From contig AP024673.1 of assembly GCA_025998675.1 (NCBI GenBank), positions 459,221 through 523,220 on the forward strand: a DNA stretch of 64,000 nt. Reading direction: 5' to 3'. How positions within the stretch are numbered: the first letter of the stretch is position 1; every line of letters begins with the position of its first letter. The stretch is from Fimbriimonadales bacterium. GTDB lineage: Bacteria; Armatimonadota; Fimbriimonadia; Fimbriimonadales; GBS-DC. Of this stretch, positions 9,011-18,684 are shown piece after piece. Made by a program: the position numbers and the translations under genes. The notes under the pieces were generated by a model. The model had not been told where the DNA came from, ran no database searches, and was given only the letters and a program-made list of their open reading frames with translations.

Positions 9011-10239
9011 CGCTAATCACAGGGCTCGATATCGGCACGACGAAGGTGTGCTGCTTCGCGTTGCAGCGCGGGGCGGATGGAACGCTGCACCCTGCGGGCT
9101 ACGGCGTTGCGCCCTGTCGCGGGCTGAAGCAGGGGCAGGTGGTCGATATGGAGCAGACCGTCGCCGCCATCCAGCAAGCCGTCCATGAGGCGCAGGCGAT
9201 GGGCGAAATCAATATCACCGGCGTCGTGCTGGGCGTCACGGGCGAACATATCGAGTCGATTCAACGGCGCGCCGAGATTACCATCACCCGCCCCGACCGC
9301 GAGGTGCTGCCCGAAGACCTGGAGCGACTGCGCTACAACCTGCAGCAAATCCATCTGCCCCCTGACCGCGAGCTGGTGCATACGCTGATTCGGCAATACA
9401 TTCTCGATGGGCAGTCGGGTATTCTTAACCCCCTCGGCATGAGCGCCTCGCATCTGCAGGCGGAGGCGACGCTCGTGACGGGCGGGCTGACTTTCCTGCA
9501 GAATCTGCGTCGTTGCGTGGAGCGCGCGGGGCTGGAGGTGCAGGCGTTAGCGCTGGAGCCGCTGGCGTCGGGACTGGCGACGCTGACCCCCGAAGAGCGC
9601 GAAATTGGCGTCGCGCTGATTGACATCGGCGGGGGCACGACCGATGTGGCGATTTTCATGGACGGCGCGCTCGTCTACACCAGCGCCGTGCCCTACGGCG
9701 GGAATCAGGTCACCCGCGATGTCTATATCATGTTTCGCCTGGCGGACCCACAGGAAGCCGAGCGATTGAAACACGAATTCGGGAGCGCGCTGGCGGCGCG
9801 TGTGCCCGAAACCGAGAGGGTATCCTATCGGGAAATGGGAACCAACGAGGAGCGTCGGGTACCCCGGCGGCTATTTACGGAGGTTATCGAGGAGAGGATG
9901 CGCGAGATTCTGGAGCTTGCCCGCGAGGAGTTGGAGCGCTCTGGGCTGTACGACCGTCTGGCGGCAGGCGTCGTGCTGACTGGGGGCGGCTCGTGTCTGC
10001 CATGCACCACCGAGCTGGGGCGGCAGGTGTTCGACGCGCTGCCGGTGCGACTGGGGACGCCGCAGCCGCGTGAAGTCGCGCTGCCCAGCGCGCTCCAGAA
10101 ACCCGCATACGCGACAGCGGTCGGGCTTGCCCTCTACGGCGTGCAGCTCTTCCCAGAGACCGACCACCCGAGCGCGCCCACTCGTTTATGGAAACAACTC
10201 GTTCGTACCGTGCAACGCTGGTTCCAACGCAACCGCTAA
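9007..10239 (+). CDS. ftsA: Cell division protein FtsA
   Basis: Starts MTLITGLDIGTTKVCCF (actin-fold phosphate-1 loop) and has a later ALIDIGGGTTDVAIF. ATG 9007 overlaps the sbp stop. The listed ORF 8731.. is an upstream extension. Confidence 0.9.
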   Translation: MTLITGLDIGTTKVCCFALQRGADGTLHPAGYGVAPCRGLKQGQVVDMEQTVAAIQQAVHEAQAMGEINITGVVLGVTGEHIESIQRRAEITITRPDREVLPEDLERLRYNLQQIHLPPDRELVHTLIRQYILDGQSGILNPLGMSASHLQAEATLVTGGLTFLQNLRRCVERAGLEVQALALEPLASGLATLTPEEREIGVALIDIGGGTTDVAIFMDGALVYTSAVPYGGNQVTRDVYIMFRLADPQEAERLKHEFGSALAARVPETERVSYREMGTNEERRVPRRLFTEVIEERMREILELAREELERSGLYDRLAAGVVLTGGGSCLPCTTELGRQVFDALPVRLGTPQPREVALPSALQKPAYATAVGLALYGVQLFPETDHPSAPTRLWKQLVRTVQRWFQRNR

Positions 10240-10263
10240 TCCCACCGTTTCAGGAGACTCGTC

Positions 10264-11457
10264 ATGGCAAAGGATCGCACGAATCATCGGGATACTGAAC
10301 TACTGGAAGTGCAAGCCGTGTTGAAAGTGGTCGGCGTCGGCGGCGGCGGCGGCAACGCCGTGAACCGCATGATCGAGGTCGGCGTGCAGGGCGTGGAGTT
10401 TATCGCCATGAATACCGATGCACAGGTACTCAACAAATCGCGTGCGCCGATCAAGATGCAGCTGGGCGTCGGAATTACCCGCGGGCTGGGGGCAGGGGGC
10501 AATCCCGAAGCGGGTCGAAGCGCCGCCGAAGAGAGCCGCCACGAAATCCGCAAGGTGCTGGAAGGCGCAGACCTCGTGTTCATCACCGCCGGGCTGGGGG
10601 GCGGGACGGGCACAGGCGCCGCGCCTATTATCGCGGAAATCGCCCAGGAACTGGGCGCGCTTACCATCGCAGTCGTCACCAAACCGTTCAAATTCGAAGG
10701 ACCTCGACGCTGTAAAGTCGCCGAGGAAGGCGCGCAGCAACTGCGCAAACATGTAGACGCAATGATCGTGGTGCAAAACGACCGCCTGATTGATGTGTCG
10801 GAGCGCACCACGACAATGACCGAGGCGTTTCGAATGGCGGACGATGTGCTGCGCAGCGGCGTGCAGGGCATCTCCGACATTATCAACTACGCAGGCGAGA
10901 TTAATGTGGACTTCGCGGATGTACGCACCATCTTCGAGAACGCAGGCACCGCGCTGATGGGCATCGGCAAAGGCACGGGCGAGACCCGCATGATTCAAGC
11001 CGTGCAGGAGGCGTCCACCAGCAAGCTGCTCGAGTCGTCCATCTTCGGCGCGCGTCGGCTGCTGGTGAACATCACCACAGGCGAGGACATCGGCATCTTC
11101 GAAGTGCAGGAGGCGATGAATCTGCTCTACCAGATGACCGACCCGAACGAGGCGAACATCATCTTCGGGCATGTGATCAAGCCGGGCATGACCGATGTGG
11201 TGCAGGTCACTGTGCTGGCGACGGGTTTTCCTGAGGAGCCGTTGCCCCATGAGGCGGCGGTGCAACTCAAGGCGCAGCCGGAGCCGCACCCGCTGGATTT
11301 CCTGCGCACGCGCCCGGAGACGCCAACGCCAACGCGCACGCCTGCGCCAGAACCGCCCCGTGCGGTGAATCCCACCCCCGAACGCCCCAAGCCAGAGACG
11401 CGCGTGTCGCGGGAGGATCTGGAAGTGCCTACCTTTCTGCGCCGGCGCGGGCAGTAG
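10264..11457 (+). CDS. ftsZ: Cell division GTPase FtsZ
   Basis: LKVVGVGGGGGNAVNRM and the tubulin signature GLGGGTGTGAAP, a Pro-rich linker, and the C-terminal peptide DLEVPTFLRRRG. Confidence 0.97.
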   Translation: MAKDRTNHRDTELLEVQAVLKVVGVGGGGGNAVNRMIEVGVQGVEFIAMNTDAQVLNKSRAPIKMQLGVGITRGLGAGGNPEAGRSAAEESRHEIRKVLEGADLVFITAGLGGGTGTGAAPIIAEIAQELGALTIAVVTKPFKFEGPRRCKVAEEGAQQLRKHVDAMIVVQNDRLIDVSERTTTMTEAFRMADDVLRSGVQGISDIINYAGEINVDFADVRTIFENAGTALMGIGKGTGETRMIQAVQEASTSKLLESSIFGARRLLVNITTGEDIGIFEVQEAMNLLYQMTDPNEANIIFGHVIKPGMTDVVQVTVLATGFPEEPLPHEAAVQLKAQPEPHPLDFLRTRPETPTPTRTPAPEPPRAVNPTPERPKPETRVSREDLEVPTFLRRRGQ

Positions 11458-11482
11458 ACGCCTGCGGTAGCATAACTCATCT

Positions 11483-11513
11483 GCACAGCCCCCGAAGGTA
11501 TCGGGGGCTGTGC
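11483..11513 (+). terminator. Stem-loop downstream of ftsZ (putative intrinsic terminator)
   Basis: Perfect 11-bp stem gcacagccccc / gggggctgtgc with a 9-nt loop, 26 nt after the ftsZ stop. The trailing sequence (ttaatt) is only weakly U-rich. Confidence 0.55.
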
Positions 11514-11549
11514 TTAATTGAGGAGTGGGGTACAATACGGCGGGGAGCG

Positions 11550-12638
11550 ATGACGAGGAACGGCACGACAGACACCGACGCGCCCGCTGAGCGATTGATG
11601 CGCGAGGCAGTGGCGCTGTACGAGCAGGGGCGACTGGAGGAGGCGCTGCTGGCGTGCGAGGGCGCGCTGGCGCTGGACGACAAATACGCCCCCGCTCTGT
11701 CGCTGAAGGGGCTGATTCACGAGCGCCGCGGTCAGGTCGCGGAAGCCATCGACGCCTACGAGCGCGTGCAGGCAGTGAACCCGCTGGGGGTCGCCGAGCG
11801 TGCGCGGCTGGAGGCGTTGCGTCGCCAGACTCGCGCGGCGGTGCGCCCTGCGCCCGTGCGTCCCCTGTGGCAGGAGACGCTGCCCGTCGCGCTGGCGTTT
11901 CTGGGGGTGGGGCTGGTGCTGCTGATTGGTTTCGCGCTGATTTTGCGCTGGAGCGCGCCGACGCCTGCGCCCGCGCCTGTCCCGTCGGCGGCGACAAGTG
12001 GGGAGACTGTGGCGCCGATCAACCCGCCGTCCAGCACAATCCCCGCGCCGCCTGCGGAGCCGCCCCAGCAAAGTCCGCCGCAGGCAATCGTCCCCCCCGT
12101 GATGGTGGACCCCTCCCGATTGGCGCTGGCGCCTGCGGAGCCTGCGCCGCCGCGCGGCGCGATTCCGACCCTGCCCGCGCCCGACTCCGAAGCCAAGCCT
12201 GCGCCCAAGCAAGAGACGCCCAAAACCAACGGCGCTGCCAGCCGCGACTCTGAGGTGATGCCCGATGTGAAGGTGGAGGAGACCCAGCGCGGCGTGTACG
12301 AAATCCGTGTGGAGCGCGCGCCCTCTCAGTCGCAAAGTCGTCCTGCCAATCGCGCCTCTGATGCGCTGACGCAGGCGCAGAACCTGCAGCGCGCGGGCAA
12401 CTATCGCGAGGCGATTCAGGCATACCTGCAGGCGTTGCCCACCGCGCCCAACTCCGCCGAAGTGCATCAGCAGATTGCGACCTGCTACCTGCGCCTGAAC
12501 GAGAAGGCAAACGCGCGCACGCACTTCCTGCAGGCGATTGCCGAGTACGAGCGACAGATTCAGGCGGGGCGCGATGTGGAGACGGCGCGACAGGGCATCG
12601 CCGCCTGTCAGAACGGGCTACTGTTATGCAACGAGTAG
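11550..12638 (+). CDS. TPR-repeat membrane protein with Pro/Ala-rich linker
   Basis: TPR-like helices at both ends (EALLACEGALALDDKYAPAL...; AIQAYLQALPTAPNSAEVHQQIATCY), one TM (LPVALAFLGVGLVLLIGFALIL), and a long P/A-rich low-complexity middle. Confidence 0.6.
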   Translation: MTRNGTTDTDAPAERLMREAVALYEQGRLEEALLACEGALALDDKYAPALSLKGLIHERRGQVAEAIDAYERVQAVNPLGVAERARLEALRRQTRAAVRPAPVRPLWQETLPVALAFLGVGLVLLIGFALILRWSAPTPAPAPVPSAATSGETVAPINPPSSTIPAPPAEPPQQSPPQAIVPPVMVDPSRLALAPAEPAPPRGAIPTLPAPDSEAKPAPKQETPKTNGAASRDSEVMPDVKVEETQRGVYEIRVERAPSQSQSRPANRASDALTQAQNLQRAGNYREAIQAYLQALPTAPNSAEVHQQIATCYLRLNEKANARTHFLQAIAEYERQIQAGRDVETARQGIAACQNGLLLCNE

Positions 12639-14083
12639 TCGCGCTGCTGGGGCTTGCACTCACGCTGTGGGCAGTTAGCTGGGCGCAGCCGATACTGCTG
12701 ATTTTTCCCGATCCCGCGCCGCCGACGCAACACAACGACCAGCCCTACGACCCCAATATCGACCTCAAGCCGCACCTGACGCCGTTCCTGCAGGAGCTGC
12801 GCAAGGTGCGCGTGGAGTGGTACGCGCCCAGCCATCGGGCAGCGCAACAACTGGCTGCCGCGCGTGGACTGAATGCGGAGCAGCTGGCGAACCCAACGCC
12901 TGCCCTGCGCGGGCAACTGGCGCGCGCGTGGGGCGCGGAATTCGTGATGACGGTGCGCTGTACCCGCGCGCCCGAACAGACCAGCTACGAGTACGCCATT
13001 CGGGTCTGGCGGCTGGGCGCACGCGCGCCTGTGTGGGAGAGCGAGGGCTTCCAGCAGGTCGCCTCCCAGCAGGGACGGTCGGACGATACGACCGCGCTCC
13101 AAACGCTGGGGCGCACAGTCGCCATGCGTTTGGACATCGAGCTGTGGGACACACTCCCGCGCGTCGCCGAGCAAATTCAGACTCCCGCCCCTTCTGTCCC
13201 GCCCAGCGGGGGCGCACCGCCCGATGAGCCGAAGGCGCTTGCGGAGCAACTGCTGCGCGAGGGGAAACTGACGCAGGCGTTGCCCCATCTGCGCGCCGCC
13301 GTGAATGCGCAGCCCGACGACGCCAGCCTGCGTATGGAGCTGATTCGTCTCTACCGTCGCCTGAACCTGAACGAGCAGGCGCAACGCGAGCTGGCGCGCG
13401 TGATACAACTGCGCCCCGAGGACGAGCGATTCGCGCTGGAGTGGGCGTCGCTGCTGCAAGCGGAGGGGAAAGCGACGGAGGCGATTGCTCGCCTGCAGGA
13501 AGCCCTGAATGCACAGCCCGATTCGGTCGCGCTGCGCCTGGCGCTGGTCGATCTGCTTCTCGAGCAGGGCGACGCGAGCGCCGCCGCCCGAACCCTGCAG
13601 CCGATTGCCGAGCAGAACGGCGCGGAGGTTGCCTACCGACGCTACCTGCTTCTGGGAGCGACACGCGCGCTGGGGAGTCTGCCCGACGGGACCTACGAAC
13701 TTACCGACGCGCGCGCCGCGCTGTGGCTGCAAATCGCCAGTGGGCTGCTCACTGACCTCGCCAGCGAGTTGCTGGATCTGCGCCGGCTCGCCAGCGATCC
13801 CAGCCCGAACTGGAGCGCACTGCGCACACGGGGCGAGCAAGCGGTGCTGCACGCGCTGGACATCGGGCGTTGGCTGGAGCGCGTCCAGCCTGCCGAATCG
13901 ACCCGCCGCACAGTCGCCCATGCCCGCTTTGCCAGCCAGATGCTGGTGCAAGCGGCGCAGCAAATGGCACGATATTTGCTGTCGCGCAACCCGGAGGAGG
14001 AGGCGCGCGCCAGCCTGCTGCGCGTGGAAGCCCTGCGCGAACTGGAGTCGGCGCGAAACGCGCTTCCGAAACGCACGCCATGA
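12626..14083 (+). CDS. Secreted TPR-repeat protein
   Basis: Signal-peptide-like N-terminus (MQRVVALLGLALTLWAVSWAQP) and TPR-like repeats (KLTQALPHLRAAVNAQPDDASLRMELIRLY...). Overlaps the neighbouring genes at both ends. Confidence 0.55.
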   Translation: MQRVVALLGLALTLWAVSWAQPILLIFPDPAPPTQHNDQPYDPNIDLKPHLTPFLQELRKVRVEWYAPSHRAAQQLAAARGLNAEQLANPTPALRGQLARAWGAEFVMTVRCTRAPEQTSYEYAIRVWRLGARAPVWESEGFQQVASQQGRSDDTTALQTLGRTVAMRLDIELWDTLPRVAEQIQTPAPSVPPSGGAPPDEPKALAEQLLREGKLTQALPHLRAAVNAQPDDASLRMELIRLYRRLNLNEQAQRELARVIQLRPEDERFALEWASLLQAEGKATEAIARLQEALNAQPDSVALRLALVDLLLEQGDASAAARTLQPIAEQNGAEVAYRRYLLLGATRALGSLPDGTYELTDARAALWLQIASGLLTDLASELLDLRRLASDPSPNWSALRTRGEQAVLHALDIGRWLERVQPAESTRRTVAHARFASQMLVQAAQQMARYLLSRNPEEEARASLLRVEALRELESARNALPKRTP

Positions 14084-14745
14084 CCGACTGGACTTCGCTG
14101 GGGATTGGGTTGGGACTCGCGCTTGCAGGAGGGATGCTCATCGCTCTGGGCAGCCGCCGCTGGAGTCTGTGCCCCCTGCAGAGCTGTCCCGCGCTGGAGA
14201 CGGGGCAGCGTGTGGCGTTCACGGTCGCAGGGAAACAGTACGCAACGGCGCTGCAGGGTGTGGAGGGCGATTCACTGATTCTTGCGCCCCCGTTAGAGCG
14301 CGGGTTGCCCGTGTCGTTTGAGGTGGGAACCTTCGCTGAAGTGCGCCTGACGACTCCTGCGGGCGTGTACGAGGCGCGCGTCCAGTTTGTGGGGCGTCGG
14401 GCGCAGCCCCAGCCGTGTCTGATGGCGCGGGTCGCCTCGCGCTGGCGGCACATCCAGCGACGCCGCTACGAGCGCGTACTGCTGCCCGATGAGGTGACGG
14501 TCGCGTTGCAGGTGGGCGACGACTGCTGGGTCGGCTGGGCGCACGACGCCAGTCAGGGTGGACTGCGTTTGAACGCGCCCGTCGCGGTCGCCCCCAGCGC
14601 GCCTGTGGTGGTGGAGATACCCGCTGCGTTGAGCGGCGTCCTCTGTTGCACGGGCGCGTGCCGCGCGCGCGTGGTCGCCTGCGAGCGCGCCCCGACACGC
14701 TACGGCTACATGTACCAGCTGCGACTTGCGTTCGTCGATGGATAG
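14080..14745 (+). CDS. PilZ-domain (c-di-GMP-binding type) membrane-anchored protein
   Basis: N-terminal TM, then QRRRYERV (RxxxR) followed by DASQGGLRL (D/NxSxxG), the two PilZ signature motifs. ATG 14080 overlaps the upstream stop. Confidence 0.65.
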   Translation: MTDWTSLGIGLGLALAGGMLIALGSRRWSLCPLQSCPALETGQRVAFTVAGKQYATALQGVEGDSLILAPPLERGLPVSFEVGTFAEVRLTTPAGVYEARVQFVGRRAQPQPCLMARVASRWRHIQRRRYERVLLPDEVTVALQVGDDCWVGWAHDASQGGLRLNAPVAVAPSAPVVVEIPAALSGVLCCTGACRARVVACERAPTRYGYMYQLRLAFVDG

Positions 14746-15664
14746 TCGCCCCGATGTGTCTGTGGTTATCGTCAGCTACAACACGCGCGAGCTGCTGCGT
14801 GAGTGTCTGGAGTCGGCGCTGTGTGGGCAGGAGAGCAACGGCGCGCCTGCAGTGGAAGCAATCGTCGTGGACAACGCCTCTGCCGACGGTAGCGCGCAGA
14901 TGGTCGCCGAGCAGTTTCCCCATGTGCGCCTGATTGCCAATCCCGACAATCGCGGGTTCGGCGCGGCGTGCAATCAGGGGCTGGAGGCGGCGCAGGGACG
15001 ATACGCCCTCATCCTCAACGCCGACATTCGTGCGCAGCCGAGTGCGCTGCGACGGCTGGTACAGTTTATGGACGCCCATCCCGACGCCGCGATGTGCGGG
15101 GGACAGTTGCGCTATCCCGATGGGCGCATTCAGCCCTCCTGCGCGCGTGAACTGACCCTCTGGTGGGTCTTCTGCGAGCAGAGCATGCTGGCGAAGCTGT
15201 TCCCGCGCGCGCGCCTCTTCGGGGGCTACTGGCGCACGGAGTGGGACTTCAGCGCAACCATCGAGACGGAGCAGGTGATGGGCGCGTGCATGCTATTGCG
15301 TCGCCCGTTCCCGCGCTTTGACGAGGCGTACTTTCTCTATTGCGAGGATACCGACCTGTGCTACCGCGTGCGCCAGTCGGGCGGCAGGATTTACTATGTG
15401 CATGACGCGGTCTTCGTGCATCATCTGGGCGCGAGCGGCGAACCCCAGCGCGCACAGATGGTGATTTACTACAATCGGGGCAAGGAGCGCTACTTCCGCA
15501 AGTTTCACGGGGCGTGGCAGGCGCGGGTCTGCCGCTGGCTGAATAAAGGCGGCGCGCTGCTGCGCGTAGCAATAGGCGTGCTGGGAACCGCGTTCACGCT
15601 GGGCAGGCGTCCGCGCTTACGTCAATACGCTGCGACTTTCTGGCAGGTGTGGCGCGGGTCATAG
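14738..15664 (+). CDS. Family-2 glycosyltransferase
   Basis: VSVVIVSYNTRELLRECLES ... VVDNASADGS ... NRGFGAACNQG ... CEDTDLCYR, a typical GT2 (GT-A, DxD) layout. Start taken at ATG 14738 rather than TTG 14726. Confidence 0.8.
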   Translation: MDSRPDVSVVIVSYNTRELLRECLESALCGQESNGAPAVEAIVVDNASADGSAQMVAEQFPHVRLIANPDNRGFGAACNQGLEAAQGRYALILNADIRAQPSALRRLVQFMDAHPDAAMCGGQLRYPDGRIQPSCARELTLWWVFCEQSMLAKLFPRARLFGGYWRTEWDFSATIETEQVMGACMLLRRPFPRFDEAYFLYCEDTDLCYRVRQSGGRIYYVHDAVFVHHLGASGEPQRAQMVIYYNRGKERYFRKFHGAWQARVCRWLNKGGALLRVAIGVLGTAFTLGRRPRLRQYAATFWQVWRGS

Positions 15665-16498
15665 TCCCAGCGCGTGCAGGGCGGCGTCGCGCATCACCGA
15701 CACAGGCGCAGGCGCGCCCGTCCAGCGTTCGAACGCCAGCGCGCCCTGATGCGCCAGCATGCCCAGTCCGTCGATGGTTTTCAAGCCGTGCGCCTTCGCC
15801 GCCTGTAGCAGGCGCGTCTCCAGCGGGCGGTACACCAGATCGCACACCCAGCACGCTTCAGGCAGCGCCTCCAGCGGCAGGGGCGGCATGCTCGCTTCAT
15901 TGGGCGTCATCCCCAGCGCGGTACAGTTCACGACGCCGTGGATTTGCGCCGCATGCGGGGCGAGCGCGTCGCGTTCCAGCGGCAGCACGGTTCCAACCCC
16001 AAACGCCTCCGCCAGCGCATGCGCCCGATCCAGCGAGCGATTCGCCAGAATCACCGTACAACCCTCTGTCTGCAGGGCATACACCACTGCACGCGCCGCG
16101 CCGCCCGCGCCCAGCACAAGCACCGTCTGGTGTGCTGGGTTCACGCCTCCCTCGCGGAGCACGCGCAGGAACCCCTCCGCGTCGGTGTTGTCGCCCATCA
16201 GTCGATCGCCGTCCCAGAAGAGCGTGTTGACCGCGCCGATGCGACTGGCGGCGTCTGTCAGCCCGTCGAGCAGCGGGATGACCGCCTCCTTATGCGGGAT
16301 CGTGAGGTTCAGCCCGCGTATCTTCAGCCCGCGCATGCCCTGAATGGCGTCCGCGAGCCTGTCGGGAGCGACTTCGAACGCCAGATAGACCCCGTTCAGC
16401 CCCAGCGATTGGAACGCCGCGTTGTGCATCGCAGGGGAGAGCGAATGGCGCACGGGGTAGCCCAGCACGCCCGTTAGCCATGTGTGCGCGTCTATCAT
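15659..16498 (-). CDS. aroE: Shikimate 5-dehydrogenase
   Basis: Starts MIDAHTWLTGVLGYPVRHSLSPAMHNAAF and has LNLTIPHK, NTD and VLGAGGAARA motifs. The rest of listed ORF 15659..16855 is an upstream extension. Confidence 0.9.
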   Translation of the reverse strand: MIDAHTWLTGVLGYPVRHSLSPAMHNAAFQSLGLNGVYLAFEVAPDRLADAIQGMRGLKIRGLNLTIPHKEAVIPLLDGLTDAASRIGAVNTLFWDGDRLMGDNTDAEGFLRVLREGGVNPAHQTVLVLGAGGAARAVVYALQTEGCTVILANRSLDRAHALAEAFGVGTVLPLERDALAPHAAQIHGVVNCTALGMTPNEASMPPLPLEALPEACWVCDLVYRPLETRLLQAAKAHGLKTIDGLGMLAHQGALAFERWTGAPAPVSVMRDAALHALGL

Positions 16499-17040
16499 CA
16501 GCCGTCCTCTGTGCGGTAGGGTTCCAGCCGCTTCAGGAGCCACTTCTCCACCTGACGGCTGAGCTTCGTGCCGATGAATTCGCGCGGGTGCATCGGATGC
16601 ACCCAGATGGTATAAATCCCCAGCCGATTCCCGCCCCAAACATCGGTAAACAATTGGTCGCCGACGATGGCGGCGTGTTCGGGCGCGACGCCGAGCATTT
16701 CCAGCGCGCGGCGGAGCATGGTACGGCGCGGCTTCATGGGACCCCGCGCATAGGGGATGCCCAACTGCTCGCTGAGCCACTGTAGCCGCCCCAGGTTGCG
16801 CGTGTTGGACACAAAGCAGAGCTGGATGCCTGCCGCCTGCATCTGCCGCACCCACGCCGCGACTTCGGGGGGCACTTTGCGACTGCGCCAGGGCGTGATG
16901 GTGTTGTCCAGATCCAGCAGCAGCGCACGGATGCCCCGCGCCTGCAGGCGTTCGGGCGTAATCTCCGCCACACTCGGCACATGTTCATCCGGGCACCAGC
17001 GCTTGAGCCAGCGCGGGGGCGCATCCTTCCGAAACCGCAT
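16498..17040 (-). CDS. YqeG-type HAD-IIIA phosphatase
   Basis: LLLDLDNTITPW (HAD motif I) ... VSNT ... GDQLFTDVWGGN, about 180 aa, immediately upstream of aroE as commonly seen for yqeG. Confidence 0.7.
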   Translation of the reverse strand: MRFRKDAPPRWLKRWCPDEHVPSVAEITPERLQARGIRALLLDLDNTITPWRSRKVPPEVAAWVRQMQAAGIQLCFVSNTRNLGRLQWLSEQLGIPYARGPMKPRRTMLRRALEMLGVAPEHAAIVGDQLFTDVWGGNRLGIYTIWVHPMHPREFIGTKLSRQVEKWLLKRLEPYRTEDG

Positions 17041-17048
17041 ACTAACTA

Positions 17049-18278
17049 TTATGGCATGGCGTCGTAGGCTTTCGCCAGAATCTCCATCGGGTGGAGCACC
17101 TCGACGGGCGCGCCCGCCTCCTGCAAGCCCTGCTGGATCCAGAGTGTGCAGCCGGGGTTCGCGCTCGCCACGATGGTTGCGCCCGTCTGTTGAATCGCGC
17201 GTACCTTGCGCTGGAGCGCGTCGCGCGCGAGTCTGGGCTGCAGGAGATTGTAAATGCCCGCCGAGCCGCAGCACATCTCCGCGCCGTCCATCTCGACGAG
17301 CTTGAGGTTGGGCAGGCGACGGAGCAGGGCGCGCGGCTGTTCGCGAATGCCCTGCCCGTGTACCAGATGGCACGCGTCGTGATAGGTGATGGTCAGCGAG
17401 TCCTCACGCGGTGGATCGGGCAACTCGGCGTCGGCGAGCAACTCATGCACATCGCGCACACGCTGGGCAAACTGTTCTGCCGCCGCGTGCAGGGGCGTCT
17501 CGCGAAAGAGCAAGCCGTACTCTTTCATCGTAGAGCCGCAGCCCGCCGCGTTCACTGCGATATAGTCCACCTCACGGAACGCTTTCAGTAACCGTTGGGC
17601 GTTGCGCCGCGCCTGCTGTGGGTAGCCGTTATGCACCCACAGTGCGCCGCAACAACCCTGTGCCCGCGGAATATGCACCTCATAGCCCGCCAGCGTGAGC
17701 ATGCCCACTGTCGCGCGATGCACGCGCCCGAACAGTACCTGCATCGCGCACCCCAGCAGCAGCCCCACACGCGCACGCGGCTGCGCTGTTCGGGCAGGGT
17801 ACACCGATTGCGTCGGTCGCCACGCCTGCTGGGGCAGATGCGGCAGGCGCACCACCGACTCGCCCGCGCCCAGCAGACGCGCCATCCAGCGCGGCGTGCG
17901 CCGTATGCCCAGCGCGCCCGCCATGCGCAACATCAGGCGCAGCTGAGTCGGGTTTGTGAAGCGCGCAATCGCCTGCTGACGCACGAATCGCTGGAAGGGC
18001 GTGCGGGCGCGTTGTTCGACTGCGGCGCGCGCCCCCTCGATGAGCGTGGCATAGGGCACGCCTGACGGACACGCCGTCTGGCAGCCCAGACACCCCATGC
18101 AGGCGTCGATATGGACGCGCGCCTGCGCCCACTGAATGCGCCCCTCAACTGCCTGTCGCATCAAATAAATCCGCCCACGCGGCGACTCGACCTCCTGACC
18201 CGTGGACACATAGGTCGGACACGCCTGTAAACACAAGCCGCAGTGAATGCACTTCTGAAGGTCGCGCTGGTCGAGCAT
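17049..18278 (-). CDS. (Fe-S)-binding oxidoreductase subunit, GlcF-like
   Basis: Two ferredoxin-type clusters (CIHCGLCLQACP, CMGCLGCQTACP) followed by Cys-rich CCG-type repeats (GCCG, MCCGSAG). No glcD/glcE neighbour is present. Confidence 0.7.
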   Translation of the reverse strand: MLDQRDLQKCIHCGLCLQACPTYVSTGQEVESPRGRIYLMRQAVEGRIQWAQARVHIDACMGCLGCQTACPSGVPYATLIEGARAAVEQRARTPFQRFVRQQAIARFTNPTQLRLMLRMAGALGIRRTPRWMARLLGAGESVVRLPHLPQQAWRPTQSVYPARTAQPRARVGLLLGCAMQVLFGRVHRATVGMLTLAGYEVHIPRAQGCCGALWVHNGYPQQARRNAQRLLKAFREVDYIAVNAAGCGSTMKEYGLLFRETPLHAAAEQFAQRVRDVHELLADAELPDPPREDSLTITYHDACHLVHGQGIREQPRALLRRLPNLKLVEMDGAEMCCGSAGIYNLLQPRLARDALQRKVRAIQQTGATIVASANPGCTLWIQQGLQEAGAPVEVLHPMEILAKAYDAMP

Positions 18279-18358
18279 CGTAAGGGGAGTATACCTGCTT
18301 GATGGAATTCAGGGAACTTTTTCGCGTCCCAAGCGTATAGATATATGCACATCGGTCT

Positions 18359-18673
18359 ATGAAAGAGCGACGCGAGTTGACGGAGCGACAGGCAACTCAG
18401 GTGGCGCGGGCGCTGGCAGACCCGACGCGCCTGAGCATTCTGCGCACGCTGCTGCAGCACGGGGAACTTTCGTGCGGCGAGCTGGCGGAGCGGTTCCCCA
18501 TCGCGCAATCTACCGTATCCCACCACCTCAACGCGCTGATGCAGGCGGAGCTGGTCGCCATGCGCAAACAGGGGCAGCACCACTACTTTCGTGCGCAGCG
18601 CGACACCCTCTGCGCCTTCGCCCGCTGGCTTGCGGCGCTCGATGAGCCCGAGTGCGAAAACATTCCACTCTAA
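18359..18673 (+). CDS. ArsR/SmtB-family transcriptional regulator
   Basis: About 100-aa wHTH protein: LADPTRLSILRTLLQHGELSCGELAERFPIAQSTVSHHLNAL. Confidence 0.85.
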   Translation: MKERRELTERQATQVARALADPTRLSILRTLLQHGELSCGELAERFPIAQSTVSHHLNALMQAELVAMRKQGQHHYFRAQRDTLCAFARWLAALDEPECENIPL

Positions 18674-18684
18674 GGAGGAGGTTG

